Source: a virus. Taken from it: a DNA stretch of 64,000 nt. Both the position numbers and the translations under genes were made by a program. Each line of letters opens with the position of its first letter. The stretch's first letter is position 1. Below the pieces are notes generated by a model, which did not search any database, had not been told where the DNA came from, and saw nothing but the letters and a program-made list of their open reading frames with translations. Positions 9,845 through 18,601 of this stretch are shown here, in pieces. The stretch lies in IMG/VR virus record IMGVR_UViG_3300045988_076381, one strand, 5' to 3'.

Positions 9845-10302
9845 TCTATTTCGTATTTAATAATAGTGTTAAATTCTCTACAATTTTTTAATGCTTCTTC
9901 AATTTGGTTTGTATTTCCTTTAAAAAAATATCTCGGATTTAAATAATAGATTCCTTTATATGTAGGATCTTTAAATATAACATTTTTTTTACATAAGGAA
10001 GTTAAACAATTTTTTATTGTTCCTTCTGTAATTCCACAATTATTTATTATATCCGCTTTTAATTTCATATTAATAACTATCTGATTTCCATATTCCTTAT
10101 CTACTTCTTTTATATATTGTGAATTTTTCCATAAATATAAAAGTACTTTATATTCACTCATCGTTTTTATTCCAAGTAATCCTGTTATATCCTCTAAATA
10201 TACTTGAATAAATTCACTAGATTTAGTTTTCTTTACTATTTCAAACTCTTGAAGAGTTTCTCCCGCAAAAGTGTTAGTAATTTCTTCTTTAGTTATATTC
10301 AT
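9841..10302 (-). CDS. putative winged-helix DNA-binding protein
   Basis: 153 aa. The ...NNCGITEGTIKNCLTSLCKKNVI... segment looks HTH-like. It lies next to a repeat-rich intergenic region. Confidence 0.35.
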   Translation of the reverse strand: MNITKEEITNTFAGETLQEFEIVKKTKSSEFIQVYLEDITGLLGIKTMSEYKVLLYLWKNSQYIKEVDKEYGNQIVINMKLKADIINNCGITEGTIKNCLTSLCKKNVIFKDPTYKGIYYLNPRYFFKGNTNQIEEALKNCREFNTIIKYEIE

Positions 10303-10322
10303 AATTATTTAATTTTACATTA

Positions 10323-10330
10323 CAAATATA
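10323..10330 (-). promoter_or_regulatory. -7 box TAtaTTTG
   Basis: The reverse complement reads tatatttg. It lies about 21 nt upstream of the 10302 start. Confidence 0.4.
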
Positions 10331-10380
10331 ATAATATAAATTTATATTACCAAATATAAAAGACTGAAATTTTTAATCAC

Positions 10381-10430
10381 TCCCCAAATGACTTATGTCA
10401 TTCCCCAGATGACTAACCATAATTTGGGGA
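10381..10430. repeat. two direct repeats plus one inverted copy of TCCCCA(A/G)ATGACT
   Basis: tccccaaatgact (10381-10393), tccccagatgact (10402-10414) and inverted tttgggga (10423-10430). Confidence 0.7.
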
Positions 10431-10554
10431 ATTACTAATTCTCTTGTAACTAGTTGATTGTCAGTATGTTATATAAAATTCTCTTATCTAAAGATTTAAC
10501 CTCAATCATCTCCGATGATTTCGGATCTACCCCTACCCCCTTCAAAGGGGTAAG

Positions 10555-10574
10555 TTTTTTTGCTTCGCAAAAAA
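10555..10574. terminator. palindromic hairpin tttttttgc-ttc-gcaaaaaaa
   Basis: Perfect stem flanked by symmetric T and A runs. It is preceded by the hairpin cccc-ttcaaa-gggg (10537-10550). Confidence 0.5.
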
Positions 10575-10593
10575 TCTTGAGCTGGGAGTCTCT

Positions 10594-10685
10594 TTATATT
10601 TAAAATTTATCTATTATATAAAATTTATATTTAAATACCTCATATATTTAAAATTCCCATATATCTTAAATATTTTATATTTAAT
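10594..10685. repeat. AT-rich iteron-like repeats (t)tatatttaa(a), 4 copies
   Basis: Copies start at about 10594, 10625, 10642 and 10675. Confidence 0.55.
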
Positions 10686-10799
10686 ACAATCTTCATACCT
10701 CATTCCGAAGAAAATTTAAAAATTTTATTTTATTTAAATCCTAAAATTTCATACTTTTCCTCTTAAGAAATTGTAAAATGGAGGAGAAATTTATTGTAT

Positions 10800-11828
10800 T
10801 TATATTAAATCTATATTATTTAAGTTATTATATATATTCACAATCCTTTCCTTAAATTCTTTAATAGATAAATTACTCTTCATTACATTAATCTTATCCT
10901 CACAAATAACAATATTTCCTTTTATATATCCTTTATTAGAATCTATCCTATCCACAGAAGGTCTATAATCTTTTGAAAACGGGATTCCAGAATAATAACA
11001 TTTCCCCTCTTGTGCTTTGTACATCTCATTTAAATATTCTTCTGTAATATCCAATTCCTTTTTTATATTATTTTTATTACTATAATTATATTTTCTATAC
11101 TCACAATTTCTTTTACATTTATCTAATAACCACTTTCCTATATTTTCCCATTTCTTTTCTTCCTCTTCATCTCGTGCACACTTACTACATAAGAAATTTC
11201 TATGCTTATCAAATTTAGAAGGATCTGTTTCTCCACATTTTATACATAATTTATCAGAGTGTTTATATATAACCCTTTCTTCAGTATTCTCACCTTTTAA
11301 TAATTTAGAATTAACTTGATATCCTTTAGGTGTTTTTAAAAGAGTGTACTTAGGATGTGAGATTTTTAAAGTTATATCTTTTGTATTCTTAAGTATTCCA
11401 AATAAACCTTCTGTATTAAATTCTTTTAATCTTCTTGTAATATTATAAATAGTTCCAATAACACAATCTATATTATTATCATCTAAAATTCGTTTTAATT
11501 CTCTAGCTGGAATTTTATCATATGATGGTAGAATGTTATAAAACATTAGAATGAAAGCTTTGTTGTTTAATGTTAGATCTGGATTAGTTAAAAAATCTGG
11601 ACAAGATAATGATGTATGAATTTTAAATCTTGGAGCGAAGCCATTGCTGGAACAATCTTCAATATCTCCAGATGAAATTAAATGTTTTGTGGATACTTTT
11701 ATTACTTCATCACTTATACCGTAAGTAGATAATTGGGAAGATAAAATACTTGCAATTTCGTCTTCTTCTTTAAATGCATTAAGGATTCTTAATACTACTT
11801 CTAATTTAAAATTTTCAATTGTTTTCAT
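10800..11828 (-). CDS. free-standing HNH-type endonuclease-like protein
   Basis: The C-terminus reads EGKCYYSGIPFS...SVDRIDSNKGYIKGNIVICEDKINVMKSN (HNH-like). Zinc-ribbon CxxC pairs occur at CIKCG...CSKC. Confidence 0.55.
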   Translation of the reverse strand: MKTIENFKLEVVLRILNAFKEEDEIASILSSQLSTYGISDEVIKVSTKHLISSGDIEDCSSNGFAPRFKIHTSLSCPDFLTNPDLTLNNKAFILMFYNILPSYDKIPARELKRILDDNNIDCVIGTIYNITRRLKEFNTEGLFGILKNTKDITLKISHPKYTLLKTPKGYQVNSKLLKGENTEERVIYKHSDKLCIKCGETDPSKFDKHRNFLCSKCARDEEEEKKWENIGKWLLDKCKRNCEYRKYNYSNKNNIKKELDITEEYLNEMYKAQEGKCYYSGIPFSKDYRPSVDRIDSNKGYIKGNIVICEDKINVMKSNLSIKEFKERIVNIYNNLNNIDLI

Positions 11829-11854
11829 ATTATGTTTTTTGTTGTTTAGTTATA

Positions 11855-11862
11855 CAAAGATA
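11855..11862 (-). promoter_or_regulatory. -7 box TAtcTTTG
   Basis: The reverse complement reads tatctttg. It lies about 27 nt upstream of the 11828 start. Confidence 0.45.
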
Positions 11863-12072
11863 GAGTAGATAATCTAAATAAAAAATAATTTTTAAAATTT
11901 TTTGTATTTTAAAGTAGATAGGGTTTTTAGTTTTATATTGTTCTATAATAACTAAGCAAAAATAAAAATTTTTTTATAAAAAATTTCTGTAGCTCTGAAA
12001 ATTTAAGATCTATCACACCCTACACCCCGTGACCATCTTTGAATAAAAAACATTAAATAAAACGTAAAGATT

Positions 12073-12498
12073 ATGAAAGGTAGAAGTAAATTTTCACAAG
12101 GTCTGTCTAAAGAATTATTAAATTCCCCAGTTATAGTTCGTAACGCAGAAGGCGGACGTGAAATTGGAGACGTTGTCGACTTAAGTAATGCAACATTTAA
12201 CCCTGAATATAAGTTCACAACTCAGGATGGACAAGAACGTGTTGTTCAAGGTTTTGTTCGTGGAGAGGGAGAAGCACAAACACTGGTTATCTCTTTATCT
12301 CAGCTCGTAAACAGAGTCAATGGACTGGATGAGGCAAAATCGGGGTTAATGAAGCAACTCCGGAAATGCACGACCTTAGGAGAAATCCTAGAGGTTATGG
12401 ATGATGTTGAAGCTGTCAAAGTCATTGACGTGAAACGCGTCCCGAATCGTTTCGTTCCTGGCACAGAAAGAACTCTGTGTCTCTGGGATGAGGCTTAA
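12073..12498 (+). CDS. hypothetical protein in a compositionally foreign (higher G+C) segment
   Basis: 141-aa ORF. G+C and codon choice are visibly different from the neighbours (roughly 40% by eye). It has its own terminator. Confidence 0.65.
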   Translation: MKGRSKFSQGLSKELLNSPVIVRNAEGGREIGDVVDLSNATFNPEYKFTTQDGQERVVQGFVRGEGEAQTLVISLSQLVNRVNGLDEAKSGLMKQLRKCTTLGEILEVMDDVEAVKVIDVKRVPNRFVPGTERTLCLWDEA

Positions 12499-12501
12499 TA
12501 T

Positions 12502-12525
12502 AAAGGATAGCTAATGCTATCCTTT
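12502..12525 (+). terminator. stem-loop terminator
   Basis: aaaggatagc-taat-gctatccttt, a 10-bp perfect stem followed by a T-rich run. Confidence 0.7.
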
Positions 12526-12568
12526 ATTTATATTATGTATTATTATTAAAAAATTAACACAAGATATC

Positions 12569-12979
12569 ATGAAAAAGATTAAAAATTTAACACAAGAAGA
12601 TTACAAAGAACTGAGTCAAAAACTTAACTCACTCAAAAGAGAAAATCTACATCATCCAATGGAGAAATCCTATATAAGAAAGGAATTAGCTAAAATTCTC
12701 CCAATTAGAGAAGGATTAATTTTAAAATTCCTGTCTGAGGTAGGTATTTTAGAAAATACTTCCACAAGAACTGTGGACTGGACTGATGAAAATCCTATTT
12801 ATGTAGGAAAAGTTAAAAGTGCTCTGGAATTATTTAGAGAATATAATCTAGAACGTAATATGAGTATTACAGAAGCAAGAAAGCAAAAATCATTCTCTGT
12901 TGAGGATGCGATAAAACTATTGCTCGAAACAGGAGAGTATAAAATATATAAAAGAAAAATCGAATGGGTTGAAATATGA
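12569..12979 (+). CDS. hypothetical protein
   Basis: 136-aa ORF only. Confidence 0.6.
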   Translation: MKKIKNLTQEDYKELSQKLNSLKRENLHHPMEKSYIRKELAKILPIREGLILKFLSEVGILENTSTRTVDWTDENPIYVGKVKSALELFREYNLERNMSITEARKQKSFSVEDAIKLLLETGEYKIYKRKIEWVEI

Positions 12980-13288
12980 CCTATTCGATTTACCTAGAAT
13001 GGTTAATGAAGGTTCGTTTCCTTCACTAGGTACTAAGGGAGTTGTGATAATATTTTTTAAGTGATAATATTTTTCAAGTGATTAGAAGTGAGAGATGGGA
13101 TTTTTGTGATTCTAAACCACAAATTTCCCCCTTCTCACAGCATTAATCCACAACACCACTAAAAATTTTCTCCATAGTTCGTAAAACCATGGAAAATCCT
13201 GTGTTAATGAAAGAGGTGAGACAAGTTCTAATCTTGAACCCTAATCACCTCTTATTTGCCTCTAGTATCAATAAATATATAAGCTGTC

Positions 13289-13471
13289 GTGTCTATAATT
13301 TATAACTTTAAATTTAAAATTATGGAATCAATATTAATTATTTTAACAGTACTTAATGCAGTATGTATAACTGCGTTAATAGTATTATTACAAAACATTA
13401 AAAAGACAGCTAGTCCTTGGATGTATAGAATATATCTATTCTTTACAATATTAGCTCTTCTCTTTTGTTAA
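13289..13471 (+). CDS. small hydrophobic protein
   Basis: 60 aa with a GTG/ATG start ambiguity. An internal MESILIILTVLNAV... start is plausible. Confidence 0.35.
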   Translation: MSIIYNFKFKIMESILIILTVLNAVCITALIVLLQNIKKTASPWMYRIYLFFTILALLFC

Positions 13472-13628
13472 ATAAGAGTTATAATATAAATTACAAGGAT
13501 TGTTAGATAAAGATCTATGATATATTATCTAGATCAACATATTCAGATCGCTAGAAATATGATTATGATATATGTTTAAACATATGATGATAAGTATATA
13601 ATTATATATCTTATTTAAGGATATGTAA

Positions 13629-13701
13629 GGTCCCATAGCGTAAAGGTTAACGCAAAACACTCATAATGTTGAGATTCTAGGTTCAAGTCCTAGTGGGACC
13701 A
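13629..13701 (+). tRNA. trnM: tRNA, anticodon CAT (Met / fMet / Ile2 not distinguished)
   Basis: Hand-folded cloverleaf. Acceptor ggtccca/tgggacc, D stem gcgt/acgc, anticodon loop cTCATAa, T arm ctagg-ttcaagt-cctag. Confidence 0.8.
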
Positions 13702-13824
13702 CGATATTGATTTTCAGGATTTCTGAGGTTTAGAATTTCTGGATTAATGTTTTTTGTAATTTTTTTCATGATCAGTGTTTAACATTAGCAACATTTAATG
13801 AGATGTGATATCTCCTTCCTTATT

Positions 13825-13849
13825 AAGGAGAGTTAATACTCTCCTTTTT
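13825..13849 (+). terminator. stem-loop terminator
   Basis: aaggagag-ttaata-ctctcctt followed by ttt. Confidence 0.55.
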
Positions 13850-13965
13850 AAATTTGTTTATTATGAGAAAGATAGATATAAAATACATAATGACAATAAT
13901 AGGAATATTTATATTTCTATTATTATTATCTTCATTAGAATCAATCATTAATTCTATTTAAATAA

Positions 13966-14039
13966 GAGCGAATATCCAAATTGGTTAAGGGAATAGTCTG
14001 CAAAACTATATTGTGAGAGTTCGAATCTCTCTTCGCTCT
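13966..14039 (+). tRNA. trnC: tRNA-Cys (GCA)
   Basis: Acceptor gagcgaa/ttcgctc, anticodon arm atagt-ctGCAaa-actat, T arm gagag-ttcgaat-ctctc. Confidence 0.8.
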
Positions 14040-14156
14040 CATTAAATATTATATTTAAAAGGTTATATTCGGAAATATATAAGAATGATATCTTTTAAAT
14101 ACTTTAAAATTATATTAATTAAAATAAATAAAAATAATCTTTTAAATATAATAATT

Positions 14157-14426
14157 ATGAAGATCGTGATTAATAGATCCGGAATTGGATTAAATCTATC
14201 TCTACCAGCTATAGAGTATTTAATTAAATATAAAGTAATTAAGTCTCCATTAGATATGAGAAATATTAATAGGAGTAGCCCAAGATTGGTAAGATGTATC
14301 GAAGTATTAGGAGATAACGCATCTTTAGATATGTTAGAAACGATAACAGTTAGAGATGATTTTAAATATAAAATCTCTGAAATCCAAATAGGTAACATCC
14401 ATAGAGAAATTATCCTCATGGAGTAA
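14157..14426 (+). CDS. hypothetical protein embedded in the tRNA cluster
   Basis: ORF 14085..14426. The internal start MKIVINRSGIGLN... at 14157 is more plausible. Confidence 0.45.
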   Translation: MKIVINRSGIGLNLSLPAIEYLIKYKVIKSPLDMRNINRSSPRLVRCIEVLGDNASLDMLETITVRDDFKYKISEIQIGNIHREIILME

Positions 14427-14594
14427 GATATTTACATATGTAAATCTAATTAGTGTACAATAATTAGATATTCCAAGCTCTACTGGTTACAGAGTATAAA
14501 TAAACCTAGATTTTTAGATTTCCAAATTGACCTAAAATCTAATATCTTAGGATTAGATATAAAATAAGCGTGGAATACTTATTGTTAAATCAAC

Positions 14595-14664
14595 TTCTTA
14601 GTAGTTTAACTGGTGAAAATGTCATATACAGTAGGAAATATTAGTTCGAATCCAATCTAAGAAG
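14595..14664 (+). tRNA. aberrant tRNA-like sequence (anticodon arm not foldable)
   Basis: It has a 7-bp acceptor ttcttag/ctaagaa, a D arm gttt/aaat and a T arm attag-ttcgaat-ccaat. I could not form a 5-bp anticodon stem. Confidence 0.3.
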
Positions 14665-14824
14665 TGATAAAGAAACTCATATAATTCATATCTTAATATT
14701 AACCCGAAAAAAGGGCAACAGTAGGGTTGGGGTGGGTTCAGTGCCCTTGAGATAGTATCAAAATCAGCAATAATGCAGATGAGCTGTAACCACCCCTTTT
14801 ATTAATAATTTTGTTTATATTCTA

Positions 14825-14896
14825 TGCGAGATAGTGTAAAGGTAACATCCTAGGCTCATAACCTAGAGGATGGTGGTTCGAATCCATCTCTCGCTA
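14825..14896 (+). tRNA. trnM: tRNA, anticodon CAT (second copy, 1:72 mismatch)
   Basis: Acceptor tgcgaga/tctcgct with a T:T mismatch at 1:72, anticodon arm ctagg-ctCATaa-cctag, T arm ggtgg-ttcgaat-ccatc. Confidence 0.75.
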
Positions 14897-15132
14897 CTAT
14901 ATAATAGACTTCAGATATTTAACGCGGAATATAGAAGTTTGTTATATTTTATAATTATGCATGCTAATTATAAATCCCAACTCATCCTATGTCTAAGGGG
15001 AGTATAAATTAAAAGCAGATCCATCTTTTTGAGTTTGTATTGGTAATGAGAATAACTCTATAACTTAGAAATGTTATAAAACTTTCTTGAATTTAAGATA
15101 TAAGGTTTGGGAACTTACATCATTAAATTAAC

Positions 15133-15207
15133 TCCTCAGTAGCTCAGTTGGCTAGAGCAGCGGACCGTTAATCCGTAGGATCGTAGGTTCAAGTCCTACC
15201 TGAGGAG
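15133..15207 (+). tRNA. trnN: tRNA-Asn (GTT)
   Basis: Acceptor tcctcag/ctgagga, D arm gctc/gagc, anticodon arm gcgga-ccGTTaa-tccgt, T arm gtagg-ttcaagt-cctac. C at position 33 and a 6-nt variable loop are atypical. Confidence 0.7.
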
Positions 15208-15651
15208 CATAATAAAGAGTGTAGTACTAGTGTAGGACTCAACGTAACTTATAGGTTTTGTATTGTACATATAAATTTAGTCCTATTGGGTGTCGTATAA
15301 CCCAACTTAGCTATCGAGTACGGTTAATGATAGCATTTTTATCGAACTTTCATAAAAATAATTATATGAGAAACAAGCATTATTTCCTAATAGATTAATC
15401 TGATAAACCGTATATTGGAGTTGATACACTTATAATTGTCTAATGCAGCTTCGTATTATAAGAAGCAAGTCAATATAAGAAATCAGTTCAGAATAATGTA
15501 TTGTATTCGACGTGGGATTTAAAATTGTATTTATGTGATAGATGTATAGAGAGAAGATTAAGACGGAAAATATCTGGAGAAGATCTAATTCCAAATGATC
15601 CTGTTAATAATTTATATATACAAATATGTCTAGATTTATAATTTATTAATT

Positions 15652-16035
15652 ATGAAAAAGAGAGAACTCCCAAAAGAAGTAAAGAGATGGATTAAATTTT
15701 TTATAAAAACTAATGCTTATTATAATTTTGATTGGGCATTTATGTTAGATGTAGAAAAAGAGAAATTAACTCAATGTATTAAATTTTTTACTGATAACGG
15801 ATGTCATATTAATAATTCCAGAATAATTTCGAAGATGCAATTGGCTGTGAGATTATTAGATATTGCTAGGGATGAGGATTTAGATTTTAAAGGTTATGTA
15901 AATACTAAGAATATAAATAGATTTATTTCTATAGATAAATATGATATTGATATTCTCCCAACTCTTCGAACTGAAAAAGCGTGGTATTTATATAATAAAT
16001 TAAGATATTATTATATGAAAGAATGGTGGGATTAA
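15652..16035 (+). CDS. hypothetical protein
   Basis: 127-aa ORF between tRNA genes. Confidence 0.55.
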   Translation: MKKRELPKEVKRWIKFFIKTNAYYNFDWAFMLDVEKEKLTQCIKFFTDNGCHINNSRIISKMQLAVRLLDIARDEDLDFKGYVNTKNINRFISIDKYDIDILPTLRTEKAWYLYNKLRYYYMKEWWD

Positions 16036-16044
16036 ATATATTAT

Positions 16045-16130
16045 GCTAGAATGGTGAAATTGACAGACACTCAGGACTTAAAATTCTGTGGATAGTAATA
16101 TCCGTGTGGGTTTGAATCCCACTTCTAGTA
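16045..16130 (+). tRNA. trnL: tRNA-Leu (TAA), type II with long variable arm
   Basis: Acceptor gctagaa/ttctagt, anticodon arm cagga-ctTAAaa-ttctg, variable arm tggatagtaatatccgt, T arm gtggg-tttgaat-cccac. Confidence 0.8.
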
Positions 16131-16422
16131 CTATCTAGATGTAGCAAAATCAGTGAAGTTAAATACAGAAATACGCTTCGTAAGAGAACCTGTAGTCCTT
16201 AAAGGATAGTGGTGACACTGAGCCAATCTATTTATATAGAAGGTGAGATTCCAAAAACTACAATATTTATAGGGAATCAATCATATAAGAAATTATATGA
16301 AATCTCTGATAATCTATAGTGCCTTATAGAAAAACAGGGGATGAAGTTAAGGCACAAACTTCATTGGGATATATTCCCGGCGAAAGAGATTTTATATATC
16401 TCTGGATCTGATTATTTAATAG

Positions 16423-16485
16423 TACTTTGTGCATCGGATGCACTCCGAGGGATGTGAGGTTAAGGTTCGACTCCTTACAAAGTGC
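16423..16485 (+). tRNA. truncated tRNA-like element (acceptor + T arm only)
   Basis: Acceptor tactttg/caaagtg and T arm taagg-ttcgact-cctta. It is only about 63 nt. The interior holds the palindrome tgcatc-g-gatgca and has no anticodon arm. Confidence 0.25.
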
Positions 16486-16515
16486 CTAAGTAGTAATTAT
16501 TTAAATATTCATATT

Positions 16516-17415
16516 ATGGAAATTAGAAATGAGAATAAAGTATTTTTTGGAGAGAGTGGTATTACTTCTACTTCTGCTACATATTTATGTAACATTGCTA
16601 GGGAGTTATTAAAAGATATAGAATCATCTTTAAATAATATCTCCTTCATTACTGAGGAAGTAACACTCTTTGGATCTGAGAATAAGATTAGAACTAAAGA
16701 AGGATATAATTTATCCGAACTATCTGATCTAGATTCTAAACTTACTAAAGCTGCACAACTAAAAGCATTTATAGCATGGATGAGTGAAGGAATCAAAGCA
16801 AAAGATGTGGAAAGTGAGAAACTTAGAGAATATACTTTATCTGATTTTATAAAGGATTTCCCTGAATATGTAGTACAGAGGTCTAAAGATTCTACACTAG
16901 ATCCTAATTATGGACTTGGGAAATTAGATGTTTCAGAACGGGTTAAATATCTCTTCTCAGAAGCTTTAACTTCTTCAATTGGGAAATATATTCATAATAA
17001 TGGTGCTTTAAGAAAAGCTTATAGCGAGCTTTTAAATATTGCACATAACAAAGTGAATATAACCACAGAAGCAAAAGATTCTATAGTTGTAGTCACTAAT
17101 AAAATCCCAAGTGTGGATACTAAAAAAGTAGAAAAGATTATGCTTAAATATCAAGATTTACGAAGAGAGAATGAGAAGGTTCTGAACTCTTTGAAATCTA
17201 AGATAAAAAGTTATGATCATGAATATCAAATATATCTTACTCTTGAAGATAAAGCAGCTTCAGAGTCGTATAATGAAAAGATGGAAGTAGTACGTTCAAA
17301 ATATAATGAATATGTATTAAATAAGAGATCGGAAATTGAGAAACTTAAAATCATCATCCCAGATGGTTTAAGGAGTATTTATAACGATCTTCATACCATC
17401 TCAAAAGAAAAATAA
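16516..17415 (+). CDS. hypothetical coiled-coil-rich protein
   Basis: ORF 16429..17415 trimmed to MEIRNENKV..., because its first 29 codons overlap the tRNA-like element. Confidence 0.6.
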   Translation: MEIRNENKVFFGESGITSTSATYLCNIARELLKDIESSLNNISFITEEVTLFGSENKIRTKEGYNLSELSDLDSKLTKAAQLKAFIAWMSEGIKAKDVESEKLREYTLSDFIKDFPEYVVQRSKDSTLDPNYGLGKLDVSERVKYLFSEALTSSIGKYIHNNGALRKAYSELLNIAHNKVNITTEAKDSIVVVTNKIPSVDTKKVEKIMLKYQDLRRENEKVLNSLKSKIKSYDHEYQIYLTLEDKAASESYNEKMEVVRSKYNEYVLNKRSEIEKLKIIIPDGLRSIYNDLHTISKEK

Positions 17416-17693
17416 ATAAAGTAGGTAATACTTAAATCCATTTGGATGGAGGTATTTTTATATGTATAGATTATATATATAATAAAATTTAGCTAAATAA
17501 TATAGACGATAATATAAACTATTAATGCGAAAGAATCCTCAAAAGATGTTTTTATTTAAATAAATATACTTATTTAAATATAAACTATACTCCTCTTTCT
17601 GTCTTAACCTTAGTCCTTGAGAGGATTCTTGCCCTTGACATATTCTTTGGCTGTATTTATATAATCTATACATAACTATTTTTAATAAACATT

Positions 17694-17764
17694 TGTCCTA
17701 TAGTATAATGGTAATACATCTGGTTTTGGTCCAGAGAATTGAGGTTCAAATCCTCGTAGGACAA
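17694..17764 (+). tRNA. trnQ: tRNA-Gln (TTG)
   Basis: Acceptor tgtccta/taggaca, D arm gtat/atac, anticodon arm tctgg-ttTTGgt-ccaga, T arm tgagg-ttcaaat-cctcg. Confidence 0.8.
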
Positions 17765-18147
17765 CAATTCTATAATGGGAATTTTTAGATTGATTATTTC
17801 TTATAGAAAAGTCTGGACAAATTTTGTTTGGACTTTTCTTTTCATTCAATAGATATTGAAAAATTCGAAAACATATGATAAATTCTCCAAATAGTTATTT
17901 AACTGAATATTATATAAATAAAGTTTTGTTTATATAACTCTTTAAAAGACTGTAAAATATTAAAATTTCAAAACTAAACGGATTCTATGGCTTATAAGTA
18001 GAATACCCCTTTCTGTCTATTTTATCAAGCCTAGATACTCTAAAACTATTTTTAAGTCAACTTCCAGATATGGTATGTTTGGACTATTATAGATTTTTGG
18101 AGTTCTAGGCTTTTTTATTTTCATTTTTCAAACTCGGATTTTCAAGT

Positions 18148-18501
18148 ATGATTATCGTGAATGTATTAATTAGATATAATGATCTCGTTTTATTATTTAA
18201 AAAGAGGCATAAAAATGTTTGGGATTCTCTTGAAGGTCCATTATTTAGAGCTGAAACAATGGAATCTTGTGCTAGTAGAATAGTGAAAGATTCTATTAAT
18301 CATAGGTTTAAAAGAGAGAAGTTTATAAGGGTTGATAGAGACAATGATTTAGATGGACAGAGATATTTCTATTCTATTACTTTAGATCATATTCCGGAAT
18401 TTATACAGCTTCCAGAAGATTTAATTTCTTGTAAATGGTTTAGTATGCAGGATTTAAAACATGTTAAAATATCTAAGAATTTAAAAGTATTGTTTAATTA
18501 A
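18148..18501 (+). CDS. hypothetical protein (weak Nudix-like pattern)
   Basis: LEGPLFRAETMESCASRIVKDSIN loosely resembles the Nudix box GG..E.GE....A..RE..EE. Confidence 0.3.
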   Translation: MIIVNVLIRYNDLVLLFKKRHKNVWDSLEGPLFRAETMESCASRIVKDSINHRFKREKFIRVDRDNDLDGQRYFYSITLDHIPEFIQLPEDLISCKWFSMQDLKHVKISKNLKVLFN

Positions 18502-18601
18502 ATATTATTATTATGGCAGAATATAAAAATGAAGATAGTGCTGGAGTAATTGCTTTTGGAGTTATTTTAATAATCTTAACTCTTTTAGGAATAATAAATC
18601 C

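Noticed and set aside
10594-10685. Repeated AT-rich units, considered as a possible CRISPR-like array.
   Set aside because: The units are only about 10 nt with irregular short spacing and no spacer-like unique segments. No CRISPR array or cas-like gene was seen anywhere in the window.
16429-16515. An N-terminal extension (GTG start, MHRMHSEGCEV...) of ORF 16429..17415.
   Set aside because: It overlaps the tRNA-like acceptor/T-arm element, and its atypical GC-rich codons reflect that RNA-like sequence. The ATG at 16516 gives a normal AT-rich start.
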